Shown: positions 1 to 10,649, numbered from the stretch's first letter. The stretch: DNA of 64,000 bases from Piscinibacter sp. (GCA_044223035.1 JBGAMJ010000013.1:1253-65252); one strand, 5' to 3'. The notes: generated by a model from the sequence alone, not told the origin. Numbers and translations are program-made.

Positions 1-132
1 CTGCGCCCGAACGCGGGCAACGCCTGGCGCCTGGACGCCAACGACGTCAACCTGGTGTTCACCTCGACGGTGCATGCGGCGCCGCCGCTTTCAGGTTCGC
101 CGACGGCTTCTGCCGGCGCCCTGCACGCCTGA
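1..132 (+). CDS. 3' end of an upstream CDS, possibly flhF by position ahead of the FlhG-like gene and fliA
   Basis: Frame 1 is open from the window edge to TGA at 130-132 (LRPNAGNAWRLDANDVNLVF...). No domain is recognisable in 43 aa; the call rests on position only. Confidence 0.25.
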   Translation: MRPNAGNAWRLDANDVNLVFTSTVHAAPPLSGSPTASAGALHA

Positions 133-209
133 CGCGGCGCCGGCGGCGTTGCGCCGCCCCTTCCGTCCCGCTGCCGAAACGACCCTCGACCCCCGACCCG
201 GGTGACGCG

Positions 210-1025
210 ATGACGATGAGCTTTTCGCACTCCCCTTCCCACGCCCATTCCCGCCCCGCGCCGCTGGACCAGGCGCAGGGCCTGCGCCAGTTGTTCGACC
301 ACGCCCGGGTGCGCTTCGTGCCCGTGGTCTCCAACCCGAACGTCGCGTTCGGCGGCGTGCTGCTGGAGCGGCTGTGCGCCGCCTTCGACGAGCACGGGCG
401 CCACACGCTGGTCGTCGACGCCGGCGAACGCGCGCCTGCGCACGACGCGATGGCGATGATGGACCTGGCCGACTGCATCGAGACCTTGTCGCCGCAGGTG
501 TCCTATCTGGCCGCGCGCGGGCTTCCGCCGCGCTTCGTCGACACCCACGGCTCGACCGCCGCGTTCCTGCAGGCGGTGGCCGACGCCGCGCCGCAGGCCG
601 ACGTGGTGCTGGTGCACGCCACCGCCGGCGACTTGGCGCGCCTGTTCGCGCGCAGCGCCGCCCGGCCGCTGCTGCTGGCCGACGACCGGCCGAGCAGCGT
701 GACGCACGCCTACGCCGCGATGAAGCAGCTGACGCAGCGCGCCGGCCTCGTCGTCTACGACCTGCTGCTCGGCGCCGCGCGCAACTCGCCGCGGGCCGAA
801 CGCATCGCGTTGCAGCTCGCGCAGTGCGGCGACGGCTTTCTCGGCGCGATGCTGCGCAGCTGGGTGCAGGTCGACCCCGCCACCGACGCGCGCGAGGCGC
901 CCACCGCCGGCTTGCTGCAGTGGGCGCAGGAGGTGCTGGCGGCCGAAGCCGACGGCCTGTCGTCGGGCTGGGGCATGCCTGCCGCCCCGGGCGCCGTGGG
1001 TGCCTCGCTTCACGCGATGAACTGA
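210..1025 (+). CDS. ParA/MinD-fold protein in the FlhG/FleN position, with a degenerate P-loop
   Basis: 271-aa ORF directly upstream of fliA. It has a MinD-like beta1 strand (VRFVPVVS), then NPNVAFGG where KGGxGK(T/S) is expected. TLVVDAGE and DVVLVHA resemble the switch and Walker-B strands. Confidence 0.6.
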   Translation: MTMSFSHSPSHAHSRPAPLDQAQGLRQLFDHARVRFVPVVSNPNVAFGGVLLERLCAAFDEHGRHTLVVDAGERAPAHDAMAMMDLADCIETLSPQVSYLAARGLPPRFVDTHGSTAAFLQAVADAAPQADVVLVHATAGDLARLFARSAARPLLLADDRPSSVTHAYAAMKQLTQRAGLVVYDLLLGAARNSPRAERIALQLAQCGDGFLGAMLRSWVQVDPATDAREAPTAGLLQWAQEVLAAEADGLSSGWGMPAAPGAVGASLHAMN

Positions 1026-1157
1026 CCCCGGAACGGCTGCGTTATCCCCGTCTCGCACCCACCGGTCCGGCAGAACAATGCGTGCAGTTTCCAGGGGCAT
1101 TCGAACCGTCGCCATGACGGGCCGGGTGTACCAGCCCAGGTCGATTCCGGAGTGACC

Positions 1158-1871
1158 ATGTACACCGCCAAAGGCCAACTCGACGTCAACTCGATGCTCA
1201 AGCAGTACAGCCCGCTGGTGCGGCGCCTCGCGCATCAGATGATCGCCAAGCTGCCGGCCAACGTCGAGATCGACGACCTGATCCAGGTCGGCATGATCGG
1301 TCTGACCGACGCGCTCAGCCGTTTCGATGCCGCCCAGGGCGTGCAGTTCGAGACCTTCGCCACGCAGCGCATCCGCGGCGCGATGCTCGACGAGCTGCGC
1401 GGCAACGACTACCTGTCGCGCGGCACCCGCAAGCAGCAGCGCAGCATCGAGTCGGCCGTGCACAAGCTGGAGCAGAAGCTCGGCCGCGCGCCGGCCGAGA
1501 GCGAGATCGCCCGCGAGATGGGCATCACGCTGGCCGAGTACCAGGAGCTGCTGGGCAAGGTGCGCGGCACCCAGCTCGTGTACCTGGAGGACATGTCGGG
1601 CGACGACGGCGACAACGATTTCCTCGACCGCCACGTCGCCGACGAAGGCTTCAATCCGCTCGCCCAGCTCCAGGACCAGCGCATGCGCGAGGCGCTGGTC
1701 GAGGCCATCAAGGCGCTGCCCGAGCGAGAGCAGTACGTGATGAGCATGTACTACGAGCACGACATGAACCTGAAGGAGATCGCGGCGGTGCTGAAGGTCA
1801 CCGAGTCGCGCGTCTGCCAGCTCCACAGCCAGTCGATCGCCCGCCTGCGCGTCAAGCTGCGCGAATACTGA
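1158..1871 (+). CDS. fliA: flagellar RNA polymerase sigma factor FliA (sigma-28)
   Basis: Sigma-70 family regions 2-4 are present (DDLIQVGMIGLTDALSRFD, FETFATQRIRGAMLDELR, LKEIAAVLKVTESRVCQLHSQ). ATG at 1158 lies 5 nt after GGAG; the track ORF starts at GTG 1152. Confidence 0.9.
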   Translation: MYTAKGQLDVNSMLKQYSPLVRRLAHQMIAKLPANVEIDDLIQVGMIGLTDALSRFDAAQGVQFETFATQRIRGAMLDELRGNDYLSRGTRKQQRSIESAVHKLEQKLGRAPAESEIAREMGITLAEYQELLGKVRGTQLVYLEDMSGDDGDNDFLDRHVADEGFNPLAQLQDQRMREALVEAIKALPEREQYVMSMYYEHDMNLKEIAAVLKVTESRVCQLHSQSIARLRVKLREY

Positions 1872-1908
1872 TCCGGCCCGCGCCGCTCGCCGCTCGCCGC
1901 GCCGTTCC

Positions 1909-2736
1909 ATGGTTTCCCTGCCTGCCGCACCGCGACTGCCGCGCGTGCGGCTTCGTCTCGTCTGGCCGCTGCCGGCGCTGGCCGCCTGGGCGGGCTGCTG
2001 GGCGCTGTTCGCCGGGCTGGTCGCGCTTGCCCTGCCGCCGGCCGCCGCCGTGCTCGCCGCCTCCTTCGCCGGCGTGACGGCCGCGCTGGCCGGCAGCACG
2101 CGCTGGCGGCGCGTCTTCATCGGCACCGGCTTCCCGCTGTCGTTCGCCGCCTCCGGCCTGGCCGGCGCGGTGCCGGCCTGGGCCTGGCTGCTGCCGCTGG
2201 CGCTGCTGGTGCTGCTGTACCCGGTGCATGCCTGGGGCGATGCGCCGATGTTCCCGACGCCCGCCGGCGCGCTGCAAGGCCTGGCCGCGCGCGTGCCGTT
2301 GCGGCCCGGTGCACTGATCCTCGATGCCGGCTGCGGTCTCGGCGACGGCCTGCGCGAACTGCACCGCGCCTATCCCGAGGCCCGCCTGCTCGGGCTCGAA
2401 TGGAGCTGGCCGCTGCGCCTCGCCGGTGCGCTGCGCGCCCCGTTCGCGACGGTGCGGCGTGCCGACATCTGGGCCGCCGACTGGTCCGGCTGCGACATGG
2501 TCTACCTGTTCCAGCGGCCCGAGAGCATGCCGCGCGCGGTCGAGAAGGCCGCCGCCGAGCTGAAGCCCGGCGCCTGGCTCGCGAGCCTGGAGTTCGAGTC
2601 GGCGGCGCTGGCGCCGACCGTCGTGCACCGCTGCCCGGACGGGCGGCCGGTGTGGCTGTACCGGATGCCGTTCCGGCCCGCCGCGCGGGCGTCAGCCGCC
2701 GCCGGCCGCGACGAGCGCCGCACCAGGCCGGGCTGA
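1909..2736 (+). CDS. membrane-anchored class I SAM-dependent methyltransferase
   Basis: Hydrophobic N-terminal half followed by motif I ILDAGCGLGDG and a C-terminal methyltransferase fold. The TGA stop coincides with the left edge of the MITE-like repeat. Confidence 0.75.
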   Translation: MVSLPAAPRLPRVRLRLVWPLPALAAWAGCWALFAGLVALALPPAAAVLAASFAGVTAALAGSTRWRRVFIGTGFPLSFAASGLAGAVPAWAWLLPLALLVLLYPVHAWGDAPMFPTPAGALQGLAARVPLRPGALILDAGCGLGDGLRELHRAYPEARLLGLEWSWPLRLAGALRAPFATVRRADIWAADWSGCDMVYLFQRPESMPRAVEKAAAELKPGAWLASLEFESAALAPTVVHRCPDGRPVWLYRMPFRPAARASAAAGRDERRTRPG

Positions 2737-2896
2737 GAGGGTGAGAGGCAATCCGCCATGGCCGCTCATCGCCACCGAACGCCGCCACTCGTCGTTTCAA
2801 TTGCTCGCCGTAGCCCGAGCTACGGCTGTGCTTTGCGCCTAGATTGGCGCCGCCCGGCGGGTCTGCTCGGCCACGCCGGATTGCCTCTCACCCTCT
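2736..2896 (+). repeat. MITE-like inverted-repeat element, copy 1 (161 bp)
   Basis: 14-bp terminal inverted repeats: AGAGGGTGAGAGGC (2736-2749) and GCCTCTCACCCTCT (2883-2896). Internal 8-bp-stem hairpin GCCGTAGC-ccga-GCTACGGC. About 90% identical to the copy at 7465-7625. Confidence 0.85.
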
Positions 2897-3828
2897 GAGC
2901 TCGCCGCCGCCGTTCCCGGCGGGGCAGCCGGCGCCGCCCGCCCCACGAATCCCATCACGTCGTCCAGTACCGGCGCCAGCCAGCGCAGCGGCCGGCCGAA
3001 CGCGCCGGCCAGCGTGGTGTGGTCGACGCGGTCGTACAGCACCTGCTCGACCGGCACGCCCGCGGCGCGCAGCCGCGCCGCCAGTCCCTCGCTGTTGCGC
3101 ACCGGGTCGACCAGCGTGTCGTGCCGCGCCGCGCCGAGGAAGGCCGGCGGCGCGCCGCTCCCGGCGTGCTCCACCGGCTGCGACCCGGCCGGATAGTCCG
3201 GGTGGAAGAACACCGGCTTGACCTCCGGATTGCCGATCGGCAGGAAGTCGTACGGCCCGGCCAGCCCGATCCAGCCCGCCAGCTCGCGCGGCGCGTGTCC
3301 GGTGGCGGCCAGCCAGCGCGGGTCCAGCGCCAGCATCGCGGCGTTGTAGGCGCCGGCGCTGTGGCCCATCACGAACACCCGCCGCGCATCGCCACCGAGG
3401 GCCGCCGCCTCGCGCAGCGCGAAGGCGAGCGCCCTCGCGCCATCCTCCAGGAAGGCCGGGTAGCGCACCTCCGGGTACAGCCGGTAGTCGGCGACCAGCA
3501 CCAGCGCGCCGCGCGACGCCAGCGCCTCGCCGACGAAGCGGTAGTCGGCGCGCTCGCCGTGGTTCCAGGAGCCGCCATAGAAGAACAGCACGACGGGGCG
3601 GCCGGACGGCGGACGCGTCGTCGTCGGCGTGTAGATGTCCAGCCGCTGCCGCGGCAGCGGGCCGTAGGCGACGCCGTCGGCCAGCGTGAAGGTGTCGCGC
3701 GCGGCGAACGCGTTCAGCGTCGCCACCGGCGCGCAGGCGATCGTGGCACCGAGCAGCACCACCGACGCGGCCAGCGCGCCGGCAAGGCGGATCGACGGGC
3801 GGCGCATCCAGCGGGGCAGGGGCGGCAT
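2839..3828 (-). CDS. alpha/beta hydrolase (esterase/lipase type), secreted or lipoprotein
   Basis: GxSxG nucleophile elbow (MGHSAGAY) and an HGG-like FFYGGSW motif. N-terminal signal MRRPSIRLAGALAASVVLLGATIAC. Alternative start at 3807. The last ~19 codons and the stop lie inside the MITE-like repeat. Confidence 0.8.
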   Translation of the reverse strand: MPPLPRWMRRPSIRLAGALAASVVLLGATIACAPVATLNAFAARDTFTLADGVAYGPLPRQRLDIYTPTTTRPPSGRPVVLFFYGGSWNHGERADYRFVGEALASRGALVLVADYRLYPEVRYPAFLEDGARALAFALREAAALGGDARRVFVMGHSAGAYNAAMLALDPRWLAATGHAPRELAGWIGLAGPYDFLPIGNPEVKPVFFHPDYPAGSQPVEHAGSGAPPAFLGAARHDTLVDPVRNSEGLAARLRAAGVPVEQVLYDRVDHTTLAGAFGRPLRWLAPVLDDVMGFVGRAAPAAPPGTAAASSEGERQSGVAEQTRRAAPI

Positions 3829-3981
3829 CGTGGTCTCGCGTTTCGGGCGGCGCGGGGTGCGCCCACGGGCGGGTCTACGCGCGCGCTTGCGGATCGGATG
3901 CAGGGCACGTGCGCCCCGAGCGCGGGGCGCGTGCCGTTCGCGCGGCGGGCGGGCTTTGTGCGCCGCCCTTTCCGCCGCCTC

Positions 3982-5379
3982 TCAGCCCAGCCGCGCCCGA
4001 TGCCGCTCCACCTGCGCACGCACCTGCGCCGGCGCGGTGCCGCCGAGCACGTTGCGCGCGTTCAGCGAGCCGCGCAGCGTCAGCACCGCATGCACGTCGT
4101 CGCCGATCGACGGGTGGAAGGTCTGCAGCGTGGCCAGTGGCAGCTCGGCCAGGTCGGCGCCGAGGGCGATCGCCGCCTTCACCGCATGCGCCACCGCCTC
4201 GTGCGCATCGCGGAAGGGCAGGCCCTTCTTGACCAGGTAGTCGGCCAGGTCGGTCGCGGTGGCGTAGCCCTTCAGCGCGGCGCGTTCCATCGCCTCGGGC
4301 TTGACGATGATGCCGTCGACCATCTCGGCCATGATGCGCAGCGTGTCGCGCACCGTGTCGACGGTGTCGAACAGCGGTTCCTTGTCTTCCTGGTTGTCCT
4401 TGTTGTAGGTCAGCGGCTGGCCCTTCATCAGCGTCAGCAGCGCCATCAGGTGGCCGACCACCCGGCCGCTCTTGCCGCGCGCCAGCTCGGCGACGTCCGG
4501 GTTGCGCTTCTGCGGCATGATCGAACTGCCGGTGCAGTAGCGGTCGGCCAGGTCGATGAAGCCGAAGTTCTGGCTCATCCACAGCACGATCTCCTCCGCC
4601 AGGCGCGACACGTGCACCATCGTGAGGCTCGCGAAGGCACTGAATTCGATCGCGAAATCGCGGTCGCTGACGGCGTCCAGGCTGTTCTGGCACACGCCGT
4701 CGAAGCCCAGCGTGCGCGCCACGCGCTCGCGGTCCAGCGGGTAGCTGGTGCCGGCCAGCGCCGCGGCGCCCAGCGGCAGCCGGTTCAGGCGGCGCCGCAG
4801 GTCGGCGAGCCGTTCGGCATCGCGCGAGAACATCTCCACGTACGCCAGAAGATGGTGCGCAAAGCTCACCGGCTGCGCCACCTGCAGGTGCGTGAAGCCC
4901 GGCAGGATGGTGTCGACGTGCTTCGCCGCCAGCTCGACCAGCGCGCGCTGCATCTGCGCCAGCAGCGGCGCCAGCGCGTCGACCTCGTCGCGCAGCCACA
5001 GCCGCACGTCGGTGGCGACCTGGTCGTTGCGCGAGCGGCCGGTGTGCAGCCGCTTGCCGGCGTCGCCCACCAGCGTGGTCAGCCGCGCCTCGATGTTCAG
5101 GTGCACGTCTTCCAGGTCGAGCTTCCACTCGAAACGGCCGGACTCGATCTCCTCGGTGATCTGCGCCATGCCGCGCTCGATGGCCGCGCGGTCGTCGGCG
5201 CTGATGATCCCCTGCGCGGCCAGCATCTCGGCGTGCGCCAGCGAGCCGGCGATGTCGGCCTTCCACAGGCGCTGGTCGAACGCCACGCTGGCGGTGTAGC
5301 GCTTGACCAGCTCGCTCATCGGCTCGGAGAACAGCGCGGACCAGGCTTCGGATTTCTTGTCGAGTTGGTTGGCGGACAT
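3982..5379 (-). CDS. argH: argininosuccinate lyase
   Basis: 465 aa with the fumarate-lyase signature [12 protein letters not shown] and typical ArgH N-terminal blocks ([23 protein letters not shown]). Confidence 0.95.
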   Translation of the reverse strand: MSANQLDKKSEAWSALFSEPMSELVKRYTASVAFDQRLWKADIAGSLAHAEMLAAQGIISADDRAAIERGMAQITEEIESGRFEWKLDLEDVHLNIEARLTTLVGDAGKRLHTGRSRNDQVATDVRLWLRDEVDALAPLLAQMQRALVELAAKHVDTILPGFTHLQVAQPVSFAHHLLAYVEMFSRDAERLADLRRRLNRLPLGAAALAGTSYPLDRERVARTLGFDGVCQNSLDAVSDRDFAIEFSAFASLTMVHVSRLAEEIVLWMSQNFGFIDLADRYCTGSSIMPQKRNPDVAELARGKSGRVVGHLMALLTLMKGQPLTYNKDNQEDKEPLFDTVDTVRDTLRIMAEMVDGIIVKPEAMERAALKGYATATDLADYLVKKGLPFRDAHEAVAHAVKAAIALGADLAELPLATLQTFHPSIGDDVHAVLTLRGSLNARNVLGGTAPAQVRAQVERHRARLG

Positions 5380-5421
5380 GGGCGGTGCGGCAGCGCTCGG
5401 TGCCGGCCGGAGTTGGCGACA

Positions 5422-6615
5422 ATGCCAGGGGCGCGGATTTTATCGGCGCCCGACTCCGACTCCACCTCCGTACCCGCCGTGCCGCGCCCCTCCGCCGACG
5501 AGACTGTCACCGACACCGCGCGCGCCGGGCGGCGTGGCGGCACGGCCGGCGGTGATTCGGTGCCCAGCGCGTTCGGCGCGACGCAGTTCGACCTCACCCC
5601 CACGCCGCCGGCCGCCGCCGCGGCGCCGTTCGACGTCTGCCACGTCGGCGTGGTGCTGCGCACCGCGGGCTTCGTGCTGGGCACGCTGGCGATCGTGCAG
5701 AGCTTCGTCGCGGCCGCAGCGATCGACTGGCTGCCGCGCCTGGCCGTGACCTCGGTGGCGGCGCTCGCCGGCGTGCTGCTGTGGCTGGCCGTCTCCTGCG
5801 CGCTGCGCCGCGTGCTTGCGCAGTGCGCCGACGCGCTGCAGACGCTCGTGGCGGCGCTGCTCGGTGCCGCCTGCGGCGCGGTGGCGGGCGCCGTCGGCGT
5901 GCTGCTGGTGGCCGCGGCGGCGACGCCGGCGGTGCCGGAGCGCACCGACTTCGCGCCCGTCGGGCCGTCGGCGCTGGCCGGCCTGGCCTTCGCGCTGCTG
6001 GTCGCCGCCTGGCTGCGCCTGCGCGCGCGGGCGCAGGGCCCGGCGGACGCCACCGCGCGGCTGGCCGAGCTGCAATCGCGCATCCGGCCGCATTTCCTGT
6101 TCAACACGCTGAACACCGCACTCAGCCTGGTGCGGCTCGACCCGGCGCGGGCGGAGGCGGTGCTGGAAGACCTGGCCGAGCTGTTCCGCGTGGCGCTCAC
6201 CGACAGCGGCGAATCGGTCAGCCTGGGCGAGGAGGTGGAGCTGGCGCAGCGCTACCTGGCGATCGAGCAGATCCGCTTCGGCGACCGGCTGCAGGTGCAC
6301 TGGGAGCTCGACCCCGATGCCGCGCATGCCCGCGTGCCGCCGCTGCTGCTGCAACCGCTGGTCGAGAACGCGGTGCGGCACGGCGTCGAGCCGGCGCCCG
6401 AGGGCGGCGTGATCCGCGTGCGCACCCGGGTGAAGCTGGGCCGCGCGGTGGTGTCGATCGCCAACACCGTGGCCGACGGGCCGTCGCGGCCGGGCCACGG
6501 CATGGCGCTGCAGAACGTGCACGAGCGGCTGCGGCTGATGCACGACATGGCGTCGCAGTTCGAGACGCGCCGCGAGGGCTCGGTGTTCCGGGTGCAGCTC
6601 GCGGTGCCGCTGTGA
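5422..6615 (+). CDS. algZ: LytS/AlgZ(FimS)-type sensor histidine kinase (His_kinase + HATPase_c)
   Basis: C-terminal half carries [20 protein letters not shown] (the H-box of the LytS/YehU class), [16 protein letters not shown] and GHGMALQNV. The N-terminus is multi-pass hydrophobic. The start is uncertain; ATG 5422 is the first in-frame ATG after argH. Confidence 0.8.
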   Translation: MPGARILSAPDSDSTSVPAVPRPSADETVTDTARAGRRGGTAGGDSVPSAFGATQFDLTPTPPAAAAAPFDVCHVGVVLRTAGFVLGTLAIVQSFVAAAAIDWLPRLAVTSVAALAGVLLWLAVSCALRRVLAQCADALQTLVAALLGAACGAVAGAVGVLLVAAAATPAVPERTDFAPVGPSALAGLAFALLVAAWLRLRARAQGPADATARLAELQSRIRPHFLFNTLNTALSLVRLDPARAEAVLEDLAELFRVALTDSGESVSLGEEVELAQRYLAIEQIRFGDRLQVHWELDPDAAHARVPPLLLQPLVENAVRHGVEPAPEGGVIRVRTRVKLGRAVVSIANTVADGPSRPGHGMALQNVHERLRLMHDMASQFETRREGSVFRVQLAVPL

Positions 6616-6628
6616 GCGCGTGGCGGCG

Positions 6629-7465
6629 ATGAGCGACGACGCCGACGATCGCCTCGTGGTGCTGCTGGTCGACGACGAGGCACTGGCGCGCGCGCGCCTG
6701 CGCGGCCTGGTCGAGGCCAACCCGGACCCGCCCTGCCGCGTCGCCGGCGAGGCGGCGCATGCGGCGCAGGCGCTGGCCTGGCTGGCCGCGCAGCCCTGCG
6801 ACGTGGTGCTGCTCGACATCCACATGCCGGGCCGCGACGGCCTGCAGCTCGCCGCCGAGCTGCGGCGCCTGCCGCGGCCGCCGGCGGTGGTGTTCGTCAC
6901 GGCGCACGCGGAACACGCGTTGACCGCGTTCGACCTGGAGGCGGTCGACTACCTGACGAAACCGGTGCGGCGCGAACGGCTGCAGGCGGCGCTGCAACGC
7001 GTGGCGCAGCGGCTCGCGCCGCGCCCGGGCGCGCGGACGGCGCATCCGCCGGCGGCGCCGGCGCCGGCGCCCGATGCCACCTCCGCCGGCGAGCCGGTGC
7101 TGGTCGTCAGCGACCGCGGGCGCGTGCTGCGCGTGCCGGTGCGCGAGGTGCTCTACCTGAAGGCCGAGCTGAAGTACGTGACGCTGCGCACCGCGCTGCA
7201 CACCCACGTGCTCGACGACGCGCTGAGCGAGCTGGAGCAACGCCTGGGCGATCGTTTCCTGCGCGTGCACCGCAACGCGCTGGTGGCGCGCCATGCCGTG
7301 CGCGCGCTGGAGCGCCGCGTGCTGGCCGGCGAGGGCGATGAGGACGGCGGCGGCGAGACCTGGGCGGTGCGCATCGGCGGCATCGTCGGGCCGGACGAAT
7401 GGCTGGCGGTGTCGCGCCGCCAGGTCAGCGCGGTGCGCGAGGCGCTGGCGGCGTCGGGGCTCTGA
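6629..7465 (+). CDS. algR: LytTR-family response regulator (AlgR type)
   Basis: Receiver domain (VLLVDDE..., DVVLLDIHMPGRDG, DYLTKP) plus a LytTR domain (LYLKAELKYVTLRT..., FLRVHRNALV). The argH-algZ-algR-hem gene order matches the Pseudomonas arrangement. The stop abuts MITE copy 2. Confidence 0.88.
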   Translation: MSDDADDRLVVLLVDDEALARARLRGLVEANPDPPCRVAGEAAHAAQALAWLAAQPCDVVLLDIHMPGRDGLQLAAELRRLPRPPAVVFVTAHAEHALTAFDLEAVDYLTKPVRRERLQAALQRVAQRLAPRPGARTAHPPAAPAPAPDATSAGEPVLVVSDRGRVLRVPVREVLYLKAELKYVTLRTALHTHVLDDALSELEQRLGDRFLRVHRNALVARHAVRALERRVLAGEGDEDGGGETWAVRIGGIVGPDEWLAVSRRQVSAVREALAASGL

Positions 7466-7625
7466 GAGGGTGAGAGGCCATCCGCCATGGCCGCTCATCC
7501 CCACCGAACGCCCCCACTCGTCGTTGCAAATGCTCGCCGTAGCCCGAGCTACGGCTGTGCTTTGCGCCTCGATTGGGGCCGCCCGGCGGGTCTGCTCGGC
7601 CACGCCGGACTGCCTCTCACCCTCT
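7465..7625 (+). repeat. MITE-like inverted-repeat element, copy 2 (161 bp)
   Basis: Same terminal inverted repeats and the same internal hairpin as copy 1, in the same orientation. Lies in the convergent gap between algR and ppc. Confidence 0.85.
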
Positions 7626-7681
7626 GTGGCGTTGCTCGGCGCCGCGCCCGCCACGAGCGTTCGGCGCCGCCCCGACCCGGA

Positions 7682-10531
7682 TCAGCCGGTGTTGCGCAAG
7701 CCGGCGGCCACGCCGTTGATTGAAATGTGGATGCCGCGCTGCACGCGCTCGATGCCGGGTTCCTTGTTGTCCTTGCGGCCGCGGTAGCGCCGCATCAGCT
7801 CGACCTGCAGGTGGTTCAGCGGGTCGAGGTAGGGGAAGCGGTGTTCGATCGAGCGTGCCAGCGTCGGGTTGGACGCCAGGCGCGAGGCCTCGCCGGTGAT
7901 CAGCGACAGCGCGTCGTCGGTGCGCTGCCATTCGGCGCGGACCAGGCCGAAGATCTTCTTGCCGAGCTTCTTGTCCTCGACCAGCTCGACGTAGCGCGCG
8001 GCGATCGCCAGGTCGCTCTTGGCGATCACCATGTCGAGGTTGGACAGCAGCGTGCGGAAGAACGGCCACTGCCGGTGCATGCGCTGCAGCAGCGCCAGGC
8101 GCTCGTCGCGCTGCGCGCCTTCCTCGCCGAGGAACTGCTCGATCGCGCTGCCGAAACCGCACCAGCCGGGCAGCGCCACGCGGCACTGGCCCCAGCTGAA
8201 GCTCCAGGGGATCGCGCGCAGGTCCTCGATCGCCCGCGTGGCCTTGCGCGAGGCCGGCCGCGAGCCGATGTTCAGCTCGGCGATCTCGCGGATCGGCGTG
8301 GCGCTGAAGAAGTATTCGGTGAAGCCAGGGGTCTCGTAGACCAGCTTGCGGTAGGCGGCGAAGCTCGCATCGCTGATCGCCGCGGCGGCTTCGAGGAAGC
8401 TCTTCGGCGCGCTCTTGGTCGGGTGCAGCAGCGTGGCCTCGAGCGTGGCGGCGACCAGCGTCTCGAGGTTGCGGCGGCCGATCTCCGGGTGGGCGTACTT
8501 CGAGGCGATCACCTCGCCCTGCTCGGTCAGGCGGATCTGGCCCTGCACGGTGCCGGGCGGCTGCGCGAGGATCGCCTGGTAGCTCGGGCCGCCGCCGCGG
8601 CCCACCGTGCCGCCGCGGCCGTGGAACAGCCGCAGCGTGATGCCGTGGTCGCGCCCCAGTTCGCCGAACAGCTCGACCAGCGCGATCTCGGCGCGGTACA
8701 GCTCCCAGTTGCTGGTGAAGGTGCCGCCGTCCTTGTTGCTGTCGCTGTAGCCGAGCATGATGTCCTGCTCGGCGCCGGAGCGGGTGATCAGCTCGGTGAT
8801 GCCGGGCAGCGCGTAGAAGGCGCGCATGATCGGCGCGGCATTGCGCAGGTCGCCGATGGTCTCGAACAGCGGCGAGACGATCAGGTCCGACTCGGCGGCG
8901 TCGTCCAGCGTGCCGCGCATCAGGCCCACTTCCTTCAGCAGCACGAGCACCTCGAGCAGGTCGCTCACGTCCTCGGTGTGCGAGATGATGTAGTGGCGCA
9001 TCGCCGCGCGGCCGTAGCGCGCGAGCATCACCACCGCCGCCTCGAAGATCGCGATCTCGCCCTGCGTGTGCTCGCTGTACTTGGCGGCGCGCACGCGCAG
9101 CGGCCGCGCGTCGTTGAGCATGCGCACGAGCAGCGCGCGGCGGCCTTCCTCGGGCAGCGCGCTGTAGTCGGCCTCGATCCTCGCCACCTTCAGCAGTTCG
9201 GCGACCACTGCCTCGTGCTTGTCGGAGCTCTGGCGCAGGTCGACCGTGGCGAGGTGGAAGCCGAACACCTGCACCGCGCGGATCAGCGGCCGCAGCCGCG
9301 GCGCGCTCAGCGCCTGCGCGTGGTGGGCAGCGAGCGAGGCCTCGATCACGCGCACGTCCGCCAGCAGTTCGTCGGAGCTGCGGTACGGGTTCTGCGGTGC
9401 CACCGCGTGGCGCAGCGCCTCGGTGCCGGTGAACTCGTGCAGCGTGGCGGCCAGGCGCGCGTACATGCCGATCAGCGCGCGGCGGTAGGGCTCGTCCTCG
9501 CGGTGGGTGCCGTGGTCGGGCGAGGCGTCGGCCAGCTTGCGCATCTCGGCCGTCACCGGCGCCAGCGTGGCCGAGATCGACAGCTCGGCGCCGAGCTGGT
9601 GGACCTCGGTCAGGTAGAAGCGCAGCACCGTCTCGCTCTGCCGGGCCAGCGCCATCTGCAGCGTGTCGGCGGTGACGAAGGGATTGCCGTCGCGGTCGCC
9701 GCCGATCCAGTTGCCCATGCGGAAGAACGGCGCGATCGGATGGCCCGGCAGTGCCGCCTCCAGCTCGCGGTACATGCGCGGGATCTGCCGCAGGAAGGTC
9801 GCGTGGTAGTAGCTGAGCGCGTTCTCGATCTCGTCGGAGACAGTCAGCTTGGCGGTGCGCAGCATGCGCGTCTGCCAGAGCTGCGTGACGCGGGCGCGGA
9901 TCAGCGATTCGTTCTCGAGCCGGTCGCGCTCGGTCTGCAGGCCGTCGCGCGCTTCCACCAGCTCGGCGATCGCGCGCTCGGCGTCGAGGATGCTCTTGCG
10001 CTGCACCTCGGTCGGGTGGGCGGTCAGCACGGGCGAGATGTAGGCGCGGTCCAGCGTGCGCACGATCTCCTCGGCGCGGATGTCGGCGGCGGCCAGGCGC
10101 TCGAAGGTCATCGCCAGCGAGCCCTCCTGCAGGTGGCCCTGGCGCTCGTGGTGGTCGCGCCGGCGCACGTGGTGTCGGTCTTCGGCGATGTTGGCCAGGT
10201 GCGAGAAATAGCTGAACGCGCGGATCACGCTCACCGTCTGGTCGCCCGACAGGTTCTTCAGCAGGCGGTCGAGCGCGCGGCCGGCCTGGGCGTCGCTCTT
10301 CAGGCGGAAGGCCACCGAGAGCTGGCGCACCTTCTCGACCAGGTCGAACGCCGCCTTGCCCTCCTGTTCGAGGATCACCTCGCCGAGGATGCGCCCGAGC
10401 AGGCGGATGTCCTCGACCAGGGGGCGGTTCTTCTCGGCGGCGTCGTTGGCGGCGGTGTTGACTCGGGGCATCGTCGTCTCGCTGGATGTCGCTGTCGCGA
10501 CGTTTGTCGGGCGGCGCACGGAGGGCGGCAT
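7682..10531 (-). CDS. ppc: phosphoenolpyruvate carboxylase
   Basis: Conserved PEPC blocks: [32 protein letters not shown], and a C-terminal ...AAGLRNTG. An alternative start at 10471 ([10 protein letters not shown]) is plausible. Confidence 0.95.
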   Translation of the reverse strand: MPPSVRRPTNVATATSSETTMPRVNTAANDAAEKNRPLVEDIRLLGRILGEVILEQEGKAAFDLVEKVRQLSVAFRLKSDAQAGRALDRLLKNLSGDQTVSVIRAFSYFSHLANIAEDRHHVRRRDHHERQGHLQEGSLAMTFERLAAADIRAEEIVRTLDRAYISPVLTAHPTEVQRKSILDAERAIAELVEARDGLQTERDRLENESLIRARVTQLWQTRMLRTAKLTVSDEIENALSYYHATFLRQIPRMYRELEAALPGHPIAPFFRMGNWIGGDRDGNPFVTADTLQMALARQSETVLRFYLTEVHQLGAELSISATLAPVTAEMRKLADASPDHGTHREDEPYRRALIGMYARLAATLHEFTGTEALRHAVAPQNPYRSSDELLADVRVIEASLAAHHAQALSAPRLRPLIRAVQVFGFHLATVDLRQSSDKHEAVVAELLKVARIEADYSALPEEGRRALLVRMLNDARPLRVRAAKYSEHTQGEIAIFEAAVVMLARYGRAAMRHYIISHTEDVSDLLEVLVLLKEVGLMRGTLDDAAESDLIVSPLFETIGDLRNAAPIMRAFYALPGITELITRSGAEQDIMLGYSDSNKDGGTFTSNWELYRAEIALVELFGELGRDHGITLRLFHGRGGTVGRGGGPSYQAILAQPPGTVQGQIRLTEQGEVIASKYAHPEIGRRNLETLVAATLEATLLHPTKSAPKSFLEAAAAISDASFAAYRKLVYETPGFTEYFFSATPIREIAELNIGSRPASRKATRAIEDLRAIPWSFSWGQCRVALPGWCGFGSAIEQFLGEEGAQRDERLALLQRMHRQWPFFRTLLSNLDMVIAKSDLAIAARYVELVEDKKLGKKIFGLVRAEWQRTDDALSLITGEASRLASNPTLARSIEHRFPYLDPLNHLQVELMRRYRGRKDNKEPGIERVQRGIHISINGVAAGLRNTG

Positions 10532-10649
10532 TCGTGCGTCTGCGTATGTAATTTGGTTACGTATCGTGAAATGTTAGCAGCGGCTCGGTTACCGGGCGAG
10601 CACAACCGGGGCCGAACGATGCAAGAGATGGGCCTGATAGCATGGCCGG

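Noticed and set aside
3019-6615. 1198-aa plus-strand ORF spanning the hydrolase, argH and kinase regions
   Set aside because: Only its last ~397 codons (from ATG 5422) look like a real protein, the histidine kinase. The rest is antisense to the well-supported hydrolase and argH genes and is Arg/Ala/Gly/Pro-rich, which is the typical open-frame artefact of high GC content.
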